Source: Lama glama (Eukaryota). Taken from it: a DNA stretch of 64,000 nt. A program made the translations under genes and the position numbers. The stretch spans positions 108,192,001 through 108,256,000 of the forward strand of contig CM052817.1 of NCBI GenBank assembly GCA_028534125.1, written 5' to 3'. Each line of letters opens with the position of its first letter. The stretch's first letter is position 1. The notes under the pieces are model-generated. The model searched no databases. It was not told where the DNA came from and saw only the letters and a program-made list of their open reading frames with translations. Shown piece by piece: positions 12,601-25,643 of this stretch.

Positions 12601-15234
12601 TTGCTGTTTGCAAATCTGCAATCCCTCACAAATTTGTCTGTGTTTCTGAGTTACAGTCATTTTCTTGAGATCAAGACTTTAAAAATCCACTAGTGTACAC
12701 TGGAATTTAAATTTTTTGTGCTAAGATTTCCGGCCATCCCTGCCAGGTAGACCGCATTTGTTGTCCATCTTCTACTGAGATCTAATCCCCAACATAAACA
12801 ACACAGTAGTCAAAATGAATCAAAGAAATCTTCATATGCTGAACTGAGTATTCCCTGTCACCTTCTGTATCATGCATTATTAGAAGTCTTCACATTCCAG
12901 TATCTCGCTGAATAAAGAAAAATAAAATTGACTTTGAAAGCTTCATCTTTCAATAGTTTGCTTGACTGTGTATACAATAAATGTGACTAGTATTTAAACA
13001 CGAAAGTTTGCAAAATTACGTTTGTGAAACTATTACAAAACAAGTTGGAGAAGGGGAGAAGCATGTGACCTTAGTACACAGTTCTGGAGAGAAGTCTGTG
13101 AAGGAAAGAACAGAACGGTTAGAAAAATAAGAGAAAATATGAGAAAATGTTGGGATTTCATGAACTAAGGAAGAAAAAGTACCAAAAGAATCTACACAGT
13201 GATCTCAAACACAGTACAGTTTTTACAAAGCATGAAAACACACACAAAAAGCATTTCAATTTCCCAGAATGGCATTAAGTGACTCTTTTAGGAAGGCAAT
13301 TGTTAAAGTTCTAAAGGAAATCAGATCTGAAAGAATGAAGGAGAAAGTGGTGAGAATGGGAAAAGGAGGCTCTAAGGAAACAGATGTATACGTTTTCAAA
13401 TTTATCAGCTAAAGGAAAGGAAGAAGAAAAATTGAAGATAAAGGAGAGCATGGTCCCAAGAAGGACTTTACAGAATTTCAGCACATCTAAGCATGGATTG
13501 AAGGCTGGGAGAAGCAGCCTGTGCAGATGGAAAGACTAAGACATTACTGGGGATATAAATTGTAGAGCAACATTCTTCGATCATTGGAAAGAGATGTTAA
13601 AGGTCCAGACGGAGATCCTAGCTCTACAGAAAAAGGCACAGGTACTCCTCTGACTGGTATAGTAAAAACCCAAAGAATACATTACGTTGGCAAATATAAG
13701 AGCTCGATCTGTTTCCACCCTTCGTTCAGTACCGGAAGGGGTTTTGTGTAATGCAATTTCCCCAAGATAAAACACCTCCAGCAATGAAAAATTCGAAGTA
13801 GAACATCATTTATCTCTTCAACATCCTTAAATAGTATTTGACTTAGGTTACTTATAAGAGAGTGAAATACTTAAGACATAAATTCATCTTGTCCTCATTT
13901 CAGAGTCTTTAACTGCTAACACTAACACAAGACTTCAGTAGGTGGTAGTCCCACACAAGTCAAGATGTGTCCCATACACGCCAAGAAAACATTGTGTTGA
14001 TATTCCATTATGTAAATTCATTTTTGAAGGTATAAGCTGAGACCATGTTGCAAAACATATATAAAAACAATCCAATGAAAAAGAACACAAAAATTCTTTG
14101 AAATTTGGCTCTTATTTCATAGTTTTGATGCTACTTTTTCACTTCACTTGCCAACAATAACCACACAAAAATGAAACGAAAACAATGCAGAAAATCTTGA
14201 AAGTGTCCAGTATTTCACGTATAATTGTTATGTGTGATAAAATCCCTAGACTTCTCTGAGTCTTTTTAAATCAGTTTTGCTAATAAAAGTTTATCTCATC
14301 ATATGGATGAAAGTAAAAGACTATTTAAGTTTTTCTTTAAATTTAAGAAGAACCTCATTATTTTCTCTGATGGAAAAAACCCTACAGCTACAGAAATGGT
14401 CCTCCACAGCAAATGGGAAGGGTAAATTGAGACGTTGTGTCGTACCAATAAATACTTTCCAAATATAATTCTATCAACTTCATACTTCTTACTCATCTTA
14501 TCATTTAGCTAAAAAAACATGCTTTTACTCCTATATGTTTTAATGTTTTTATTTTTAAAAGTTTTTATTATTTTTCTTCACTGAAATACAGTCAGTTTAT
14601 AATGTGTTAATTTCTGATGAAAAAGGACGTGAAAACAAATATTGATTTTTCCTTTATACAATCAAAACCCATGCCGTTTATTTCATGTAAAAAAATTATA
14701 GGAAACACTTGAATGAAGTCAGTAGAAGTATTTTATTAGGCATTCCTTTGCTCACCTAGTTTTATTAAAATTTGATGTGTAACACTGTAACTTCTTGGAT
14801 TCAAAATAGAAGAAAAATTATATTCAGGTTGTCAATACCATGAAGTCATGAATAAGACAATGATTCCCACTGTCAGCTGTATGAAATGATTATGAACATT
14901 ATATATGAAGTCTCACAGTATGTTTGTCTCCTTTTTATTAAAATGCAACGATTAGCTATTTTTAAATGATTACAGTTAATAAAATATTACACAGAGGTGT
15001 GCTTTGATTTGTTTGATTTCATGAGGATTTTTCTATATGATTAATCTCTCATTTTAAATAAAACAAATTCTCTAATTATATTAAAAAGAGACACAATAAT
15101 CTATATTTCTAGCAACTTCTCAGCCTCTTAAAAATTGAAATTGGTTATCTATGGAGGAATATAACTAAAAAAAATTCTTGAAAGCTTAAAGTTTTCAAAG
15201 GATTAGTACTAGAATGGGCCTTGAAAATCACTTA

Positions 15235-18010
15235 TTTTTTCATACTGAGTTGCATGAGTTACTTGCATATTTTGGATATTAACCTCTTGTCAGCAGCATC
15301 ATTTGCAAATATTTTCTCTCATTCCGTAGGTTATCTTTTCATTTTGTTTATGGTTTCCTTTGCTGTGCAAAAGCTTTTAGGTTTGATTAGGTCCCATTTG
15401 TTTATTTTTTGCTTTTATTTATTTTGCCTTGGGAGATAGATCTAAGAAAATATTGCTACAATTTATGTCCGAAAATGTTTGCCTATGTTCTCTTCTTGGA
15501 GTCATCTGCAAACAGTGAGTTTCACTTCTAATTTGGATGTCTTTTATTTCTTTTTCTTGTCTGATTGCTGTGGCTAGAACTTCCAATACTATGTTGAATG
15601 GAAATAGGGAAAGTGGGCATTCTTGTCTTGTTCTTGAGTTTAGCAGGAAGGCTTTTCACCACTGAGTATTATGTTCAGCCACTCTCTATGTTTTGACTGG
15701 GCTGTTCAATTCATTTACATTTAAAATAACTACTGACAGGCAGTTTACTGACATTACCATTTTGTTAACTATTTTCTGTCCATCTTGTAGTAGTTTTTTT
15801 TTTTTCCTGTTTCCCTCTATTGCTGTCTTCCTTTGTATTTCATTGATTTATTTTTTGTAGTGATACACTTTGATTACTTTCTCATTTTCTTTTGTGTAAC
15901 TGCTATAGGTGTTTTCTTTGTGGTTACCATGGAACTTGCATTAAATAGCTTATAGTTACAAAAGTCTGTTTTAAGGTTATAACAAATTAAATTTTACAAA
16001 ACCTCTGTTCTACATAAAGGGCTTCCTTTACCACTTTGCCATTTCTTGCAAGACAGGTGTAGTGTTGATGATCTCAGCTTTTGTTTACCTGGGACTGTCT
16101 TTATTTCTCCTTAACGTCTGAGGGAGAGTTTTGCCAGATACATTATTCTTGGCTGGTTGGCAGTCCTTTATTCCTTTCAGCTCTTTGACTACATCCTCTC
16201 ACTCCCTCTGACCTACAAGGTTTCTGCTGAAAAGGCTTCTGGGTGCCCATGTGTATGTGACAAGGCACATTTTTCTTGCTACTTTCAAAATTCTCTCTGT
16301 CTTTGACATTTGACAATTTGATTAGAATGTTTCTTAGTGTACACTTCTTTGAGTTCCTCCTATTTAAGATTCTTTGTGTTTTGTAAATCTGAATGTCCAT
16401 TCCCCTTGCTTCATCCAAATTGAGAAAAATTTTGACCATTAAGCTTATTTAAGCTTTCTGTTCGTATCACTCTCTCTCTCTCTCTCCTCCTTCTGGAACC
16501 CCCATAATGTGTATGGTCATGTTGGTCCTCTTGACAGTATCCTTTTAGCCCCTCAGGCTTTCTTTACCTTTTTTCATTCTTTTTTTTTTTTCTTATTGGT
16601 CCTCTGGATACTATCAAAATATTTGTGTTAAGTTTGCTGATCCTTTCTTCTCCTTGATCAGATCTGATGTTGAGTCCCTCTAGTGATTTTTTTAAATTAG
16701 TTATTGTATTCTTGATTTTTAAAATTTGTTTGGCTCTTTTTTACCTTTCTCTCTCTTTGTTAATATTCTCAGTTTGTTCATGCATCACTTGGCTGAGCTC
16801 TTTGAACATTTTTGTTACAGTTATTTGGGGTTATCTGTCAGGTAATCCATGAACCTCCACTTTTTTAGTTTGGTTTCTGGAGATTTTTTTTTCCTTTAGG
16901 CCACTTTTTGTTTGTTTTTTGTTTTGTTTTGTTTTTTCATGTGTCTTATAAATGTGGGTTAGGATCTGTGCATTTTTAAACACAGCCACCTCTCCCAGTC
17001 TTTATGAAGTGGCTTCAAATATGGAAAGACCTTCCCCAGTCAGCCTGGTTTAATACTCTAAAAGCCTCTCAAACATCTTCTGTGGATACATCTTTTTTGG
17101 AGTTGTGTGTGTAAATCCCCAGTTAAAGGCCTTTTCCAGTATCTTTTCCCAGGAACTAATGATCTCTTGCTCCCTTTGGTGTTTGTCTGCGGTGATGTGG
17201 GTTCTAGAGCTGGCATAAACTACCCAGCTCTCTTCCATTCTCAGCAGCCCCCAGACTTGTAGAGTTGGGGAGGACAGTCCCTGAGGTACCCCATAAAGGG
17301 CCAGAAAATTGCATGCACACACCACTCTTTTCTTCCTCCCCCAGGAGAGTGGCCACCAAGCTATGCTGACCTCTGTCTGCTGGACCACAGGTTTCTAAAG
17401 AAGCAGCAAATCATCAACTCCTGCTCTCAGCAGCCCTAGGCATCCAACATGTGCCAGGTTCCATCAGGGCTCTGGGACAGGACCAGACAGAAGCCAGCCC
17501 CTCAAAACCCAAAGCAATAAGGCCACTTGTCCCCACCTTCCTAAAGGGAAGCTGGGAGTTGGGCATTTCCCCCTACTTTTCCACACTGAGCTGGAGGGGA
17601 AGGCCTGTGGTTAATGTGTGCTAGTCCAAACCTTCACCTTTATTCAGTGGTCTCCAACCTGAAGCCTTTTTTAGTACCTAGATTGAGGCAAGACAGAAAC
17701 CAGTTCCTCTGAAAAGTCAGAATGTGAAAGCATAGTCAAGTCTTCTCTTTCTCTTCCCGGGGACAAGCCAAGAACTTGGTGTTACCTCCCAATGGTGGTG
17801 TGCTGCACCAGGGGAGCCACAATGGCCAGTGAGGCCATGAATTTTCCTACAGGGTTTGACATGGCTGGTTTCACATTCATTTGGCTTGAAGGAGCCCCTT
17901 AACTGGTTTCTCACCAAGAGATTTGGTCAATGCACTGCTGTTGAGTCAGCATCTCTTGGGGAAAGGAGGGTCTGGGTCTCCCTGGTCCAGCATCTTCTGC
18001 CATCACCCCC
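15235..18010 (-). mobile_element. Degraded, internally deleted L1 (5'UTR, ORF1 and ORF2 remnants)
   Basis: ORF 16143-16439 resembles ORF1p (IQIYKTQR...RNILIKLS..KDRE). 15235-15670 is typical antisense ORF2 text. A GC-richer 5'UTR-like block spans about 16980-18010. Boundaries are approximate. Confidence 0.75.
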
Positions 18011-19804
18011 TTCACTCTTTGTTTCTTTAAATGTACTCTTAAATAACACTTTTGAGCACCTTGATGATGTCTTACATTGCTTGATTTTCCCAATTGCTAT
18101 GTTATTTCTAAAAATCTCATTTCTCTTTGAAAATAAGTTAGCCACCTTCACTGGCAACTTGTTTTTGATAATAACTCCATATGATCTGGAACAAAAGTAT
18201 ATGCTGGAAATGTGAAGTGTGTATTACTTTAGCATGGAGTTTTCCTTCAAATATCAAATTTAAATTAAAAGATTCTCAAAATTTTATCAACAATATTTAT
18301 ACTTAGTTCAGATTTTGATTCCAGTATATCTAAGTGTTTGCAGAATTCTATTTTTCTTCTCTGCAGAAGTCTTGGACTGCATTTATTACCATGGCAACTA
18401 ATGCAAAACATCCAGTAGAGACAGGCATGATGATTCTTTTATTTAAACACATAAGTAAGTGAACTGGACACTAAGTCATCTAAAGTACTTGGACAGGTTT
18501 AATACTGAGATTTATCTTCTAGGCATCTAAGCAGGAATTTTACAAGCATTTCAATGTGAGAGACTAATCTCAAATTTTCTCTATTGTTTGAGCCTTTTCT
18601 GCTGGAATGATTGTCCTCACCATCTGATGGTTGTGTGAGAAGAACATTTTCTCTTTAGTATGGACAATAAAAGAAAGCCTCTTGCAATTTGATTAGAGTC
18701 GCATTATCCATCTAGTGGAGAATGTGAGCGCTCATCTCCCCTTTGAGTCACAAAGGTGGTCTCTAAATGAAACAATCTGATGGGGCTCACACTGACACTT
18801 GCGGACCATTGCCATGGAAAGAGGACAATGACCAAAACAACACAGTTACCCTGGGAGAAGCTATCATTTTGCCCAATAGTCATAATTCAGCAAGTAGAAA
18901 TACCCTTTTCTTTTCCCTTCCTTAACACTTTGATTGCAGAAAACACCATTCAGTATGGTCTTGCATACATTTATTTCTGAACTTAGGAGCTATTTAATGA
19001 ACTGCAGGGTCTTTAAGCTGAACACCACATTTTAAAGGAAACACTGACCTTTCCTACACTGTTAAACCAGCCATTTTAAATGAAAATGATAGAACACAGG
19101 CTGTCCCCCAGCAGCTTAGGCTACAAGTATCCCTTAAGTCTTCAAGAATTCAATACTCTCCTCAGATGTTTGGTGGAATGGTGAGAACACTTAAAATATC
19201 AGAGAAAGAACACTGCCAACTGGAGAGGAAACGATTTCAACTTGTCCTGGATTATCTGGAGAAGTATTGGGCATGCGGGGTTGTCAACTATGCAGATTCT
19301 TGTGACTAATCAAGTTCCCCTCCATAAAAAACACTAGCGAATAAAAATCTGCAATAATATGACAAACCATGCCATGAGTGACTTACAACATGTACGTGTA
19401 AGTGCTATTTATTGCTAATTTATTCACATTCAGCATTTATTTAGTACTGAGTATTTTAGAAAATATTTAAATAGTTAAGCATGAGTGAAAGATCTGTAAA
19501 GGTCTGTTTTGATTTAGTAACACACATATGGCTACATTCCCTTCATCTCCAAAACAATTTGGAAGATATAATATGTGAATGTATACATGCTCACATATAC
19601 ATAGATAGAAATATATATACATATATATATTCAAACTACACAAAGCTAGAAGTATATATACATACCTCCACCCACACAGAAATAGGTGATATAGAGGAAA
19701 CTGCAGCAGAGAAACCTTTAGCTATACCAGAAACAATGAAATAAGTATGGAGAACAACCATAAATTAGTGAAATCTGTTCAACAAAAATACCAATAGAGA
19801 AATA

Positions 19805-19932
19805 GGAGGAAGGTGTAGCTCGGTGGTAGAGCACATGCTTAGCATGCACGGGGCCCTGGGTTCAATCCCCAGTACCTCCCTTACAAATAAATAAATGCTT
19901 CATTACCTTTGCCCCCCAAAAACAACAACAAA
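19805..19932 (+). mobile_element. tRNA-Ala-like SINE (Vic-1-like)
   Basis: GTAGCTCGGTGGTAGAGCACATGCTTAGCATGCACG...GGGTTCAATCCCCAG plus tail. Confidence 0.85.
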
Positions 19933-20400
19933 GAAATCATGCTATATTATTGCTAAACACAAGCAGTAGGAGAACAAAATGTAACCTTAATGAAATGACA
20001 TTTAACGTAGTCCTATAAGGACGCTGTTATAATGACTCAAACATTTTTAGTTGTAAATATATTTCAATCTATATTTTATATGTAACCACAAGTAAGTGTA
20101 TCTTACACTACAGGAGGCATTAAAAAAGGTTTCTGCGTTTAAAGGATAATCTAGAACTACTGTAATTCTCTCATACTCAGGATTATTATGTAGTAAAGGA
20201 AAATTTCGAACCAGTCCTTTCACTCAGGTATTAACATCAGCATTAATTTTGTATATTTATCTATCATTTATACTATTTGCAAGCTCTGTGAGAAGTCTGC
20301 AATGCTGGGTAACAACAGTGTACTCTTATGGATTATTGTCAGACTAAACTGATCTTCTGAGAATGGAATAATTAACTGTATTAAGTAAGAAGGGGAATGG

Positions 20401-20508
20401 GGGGAGGGAGTTACCGCTCAGGGGTAGAGCGCATGTTAGCATGCATGAGGTCCTGGTTTCAATCCCCAGTGCTCGCAGAAAAAAAAAATTAAATAAATAA
20501 AATAATAA
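20401..20508 (+). mobile_element. tRNA-Ala-like SINE (Vic-1-like)
   Basis: Same head, slightly degenerate, with a poly-A/AAAT tail. Confidence 0.8.
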
Positions 20509-20758
20509 TTTGGCTGTACAGCTGCATCACTTTGCTTAACACATTTCCCCCTTCTGCTAAATAAGATTTTATTCTTGATAAGACAAACTTGCAAATAATT
20601 CTGAAAAACACACCGTACTTCTAAAACTATTCCTGAACACCCAGCCACCCCCATCCAGGTTGGAGTTACTGCCTGTGGACGGTTTGAAGCTCCTCTGAAA
20701 ACTCAGTCTGTTTCATCACTGATACCATCAGGGTAAAAAGAAAATTAAGTAAGGTGGT

Positions 20759-20875
20759 GGGAGGATATAGCTCAGTGGCAGAGTGTGTGCTTAGCCTGCA
20801 CGAGGTCCTGGGCTCAATCCCCAGTAGCTTGGTTAAAAAAATCTAATTACCTCCTCTCCTTCCTCCCTCAAAATA
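20759..20875 (+). mobile_element. tRNA-Ala-like SINE (Vic-1-like)
   Basis: GGGAGGATATAGCTCAGTGGCAGAG...GGCTCAATCCCCAG. Confidence 0.85.
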
Positions 20876-22576
20876 AGAAGGGAAGTAGCTTTATTTTGAC
20901 AGTATTTCAGAATCTATACCTTCTAAGGCCAGCATAATTAAAGCAGATCACTTACTAGAGGCACACTCTGTCCCTCATCCTCCCAGAGAGATCCAGAGGG
21001 AAGAAAGAGATTGCAATGCGGGGCATTCAGGATAGGCAGGAAGAAGTACTTCTTTTCTGCAAGTTAATCACTTTGTTCCATGGATTGACAGGCTAATGAG
21101 AGGTTTATTTAGAAAGCCATTGTCCATCCCCCACACCCAGCTTTCTACGGGAATATAATGCACATTGTTCCTACAAAACCACCTACTTAGACTCATCTAA
21201 TCTGAGATCTGTCCTCTTTTATTGAGAGAAGAAATTATCAAAATGTGAAGGCCTAAAAATAGCAGTGTATCATTGAAAGCCTCATTCTTTCTTAATTGTA
21301 GGTATGTTACAGTGGTGCTATCATTAGGGAAGATCCTTCTCAAGTGAGTCAGACTTCATCAGCCGCTCCGTGCACGGATGCACGTGCTTCCGTGAGCAGA
21401 AAACTGGGACGTGAAGATGCAGGCTCTATTTCCCACACCGCTCGGGGGTGCCGAGACTGCCCTCCATCTCCTCTCCCTCTCTCCAGCAAACAAAGTGAGT
21501 ATCTCATTTGTACTTGTACTTGTTTCCCTGATTATCACTGAAGGAGCGTAAGATTTTTAAGTTAGAAAATATACAGCTTAAACTGGAATTCTAAAACTAA
21601 TGCACTCCCAGTGACTTCACTAAAGCAATATTAATAGTGCCCAGCTTATTATTAAATTATGTACCTGAAATCTGAAAACGCTTTTGATTGAAATTGAGTA
21701 ATTGTCATCACCTGGGGACAAACCATATCCCTATAAATCAGCTTAAATATTCATCTTATAGTCTCATATAATTTGATACAAGATGCTTTCATCCCAACAA
21801 AGATACATCTTTAGGAAACACTCACACTGAGACAAAAGACTAGGCGTTCAGGACTCTGAATTCTGTTTTAAACTGGCCCTTTAATCGGCAAATGTCTTAA
21901 ACACGTTATTTTTCATCTTTCAGCTAGCTATATATATCCTTAAAATTTAAACAAGGACCTAACTTCTCAAGTCATTTTCTCCAATGGCTAAGTCTAAAGC
22001 TCTTGCTATGACAAAACGAGAAAGGCGACATGATAAACACCGTGAGAGCAGAAAGTTTAAAATAGTAAAAATAATAAAACGTGTCTTTATAAGCAGCCTA
22101 AGAAAGAAAAAGCGATCAATAAAGCCGAATAAAGCCCTATTAGGACACAAAAGCTAATGGTTAGAACTTTAAATATTAGCAACCGGTGGAAGTTTTTTCT
22201 TCCACGTGTCATCAGCTGTCTCAGATGTCAGTGTAACAGAACAGCCAGAGAACAAAAATTACAGTGCGTGTCTCTAGTCTGGGTCCAGCCTCCTCCATCT
22301 GCATCGCCTTCCTGACAGCCTGGGCACCACAACAGTCAGTCTCCCAGCTTTCACCCTGTCCTGAATCCACGCCAAACACACCTGAAGCCAAAGAGCAGCT
22401 GACAGAGATGACGCCCCAAGAAGTGAGGGGATGTTCATTCTAGGAATAGAAGCAGTGAAAACTTCCTTGCTACCAACGGCTTAGAAATTCAACCAGACAA
22501 CAGCTAAGAGACAGAAAGCAGTCACCTAGGATTTCAAGGGGAAAATGTCAATGAAAATTTCAGGGGAGAAATATCA

Positions 22577-23585
22577 TGGGATTCAAAGAGATGATGCAGA
22601 AGACACTGCTTTGGGAAGCTACAGGAATAAAAGTTTTATTTTGCCTTTATGATGTCTATGAATTAGCCTCCTCTTATTCAATACACTTTAAGTAACACTC
22701 TGTGAGGAGAAATTATTTTTCTTTTTGCAAAAGGGAATCTGTTGTTCAGTCTCCACATACCAAAGCCATAAACTCTCTGTGTGAAGGTATGAGATGTGAT
22801 GAGTATGGTTGCAAAGCCAGGGCACCCTTGGGACTATTCGTGAGAGTCAGAAGCCAGATTAAGACCTCCCTCGCTAGTACCACGATGGTCAAACTATTTA
22901 ATAGTTAGCAAAACTATTCAGAATCTCTCATGACTTAGCAACACCTTTTTATTTAGTCCAGCTTTTTAAGAAACATACCTTTTGTGTGCATGCTTTCCCA
23001 AATCACAGCCAGGCCATGTGTGAATGGAGGAATTAACATGACAAGCTCCTATGCACTTTGGTGGTGTGTGCTGTTCTGCTTTGTTTTTGCTTCTCTTTAT
23101 TGGTATGAACAGGATGAATAGTGTGGGTTTTCAAGCCCTTTGAGTCCACACCCTTCCTCCTCTACACAAGGAGGAGCTGGCAACAAAACTGTATGCACTG
23201 AGACCAGCCAACGCTGGTCCAGCAACGTTCCTTTTTGAACGTATGCTGGGAGGAACTCTGAAGCCCTGCCTGGATTTCCACCACTGTAATTCTCTAACAT
23301 TACATAAGCAAAGGTGACATGAGCTAAACAGAGCAGCAGAGAAGCGAAATAAATCCAGAGACTTTTCTCTGCAAGGAAAAACAGGGTATGGAAAGACCCC
23401 TTTAGGAGTGAAAGTCCCCAGCACACTAATTATCGGCTAGAATGTGGTCAAATCTCCGCGTTTGTCCCAGCTTCAGTTTAATAACGCACCCCACGCAGTC
23501 ACCCCGACCACCTGGCAGGAATGTTGTGGGATTCAAAGAGATGATGCATAGGGCACTTCTTAGGGACGCTACACGAATAAAAGTT
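22577..23585 (+). repeat. 59-bp direct repeat pair (22577-22635 and 23527-23585)
   Basis: 52/59 identity without gaps, counted by hand; starts are 950 bp apart. Confidence 0.85.
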
Positions 23586-25193
23586 ACCGGCTCACCCAAA
23601 TGCTCAACATCACTCCTCCATTACTCTAGGGAAGGTAAGCTCCACCATCGTATACAGGCGACTGGCAGATGGCCACCCCAGCTGCATTGGCGCACACGTG
23701 CGTGCGTGCGTGTGTGTACCGCGTATGGGAAACGTGGTGCGGGGGCTTGTGAGCTGAAACACAGGAGGAGCAGCATCCTTTGCTCAGAATCATCCAAGCT
23801 TCCCATTTTGTCTACCGGGAAACTGGAGTATTATGAACATGGACTCTCAGCATCGTGGTGACGAAGGCACGTGTCTATGACTGAGTTACGTCTTCTGACA
23901 AGCTCTGGGGTCCTGAAGGTGCCGTTGTCGAGAATAGTTGGTACCCCTGCTGTCCAAACAAGCTGATGACAGTACCTCTCATCAGACAGTGTCTGGAAAC
24001 AGTTAAGATAATTTTCATCCGTATAAGCAGCACTAAGAAAGCCAGGCTATCGTAAGTCCCTGCCTGGTTCATGGATCTCACTGACTTCAAGACGGAGGAA
24101 AACGAATAAAATATATAAACGAAATAAAAGCAAGCCCAATTGGGATGCAAATCACTGTAGCACGTTCTAAAGTACACTTCTCACGGAGAATCATGCAATA
24201 TTCTTTCGTGTTTTCTTTTTTCTTTTCTGTTTTTAATTATGTGCGTATTACATCATATGTCCCAAAGTAGGAGCCAATTCTCACTAGCAGCAGATCTGTA
24301 TTACAACATTCATTCGTAGCGTTAAAATCAAAGCAGCTGCTGACAGACTGACCACCCTCTCCGCTACCACCGCAGTGCTCGATGGAGGCCCGGAGCCCGC
24401 CCTCCCCACACGTACCCAGTTGTCACCTGTTGGCAGCGGTCTGACAACCCCACTTTTTCTCCTACCATAGCTGGAGCACCACTGAAGCCCTTTGGAAAAG
24501 AGACCAGGGCGGTATAGTATGAGAAATTACAGTCTACTACATCGACCAGAAGTTGCCATACTAATCCTAATTCTGGAATAAACTGGCTTGGATCTCACGC
24601 CAACAAACCCAGATACGTTCGGAGAGAATCATATACCATGTATGTGGCTTAATACCAAAGTTTATCTGCTACATTTAAACATTTTAAAAGAATGAGCCTT
24701 TATACAGAGATAATAGTATAACGAAAGAAAATAATATCAATATCAGTTGACTAGGCTGGTTCCTATAAACAGAGACCTTAAGCCCACAATTGTTTTAAAA
24801 ATTAAAATACTTTTAATAGACCCATTATAATCACGCTACGCACTTTAAAAAGTTAGAAAGTCGAAGGCTTTTGTTAGCCTTTTCTTGGAGGGTTTGACAG
24901 GAAATTCAGAATTTCCACATATGAACGTAACCTGACACAAGATTCACATAACTTATTTGAAAGTGCGTTTTCAACTGGAAATTATGCCTGAAAGATGGCA
25001 GTCAGACTTAGTTAACATAAAACGAACTACAACACGCTTTTCTTTCAAAAATAATCATCTAAATTTAACTATGCTTTGCTTCCATTTTGTTCCCAAAGGA
25101 CAATCAAGTGGGAGGGAGAGATGGGGGTGGGGAGGGAGAGGGTAGAGACCAGGTTAAGAGCAGAAACAGAGTTAGAGACAGAGATGGAAGTTA

Positions 25194-25643
<450 letters not shown>

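Noticed and set aside
22577..23585. CRISPR-like or LTR interpretation of the direct repeat
   Set aside because: Only two units in a mammalian intron, with no TG..CA termini or retroviral features.
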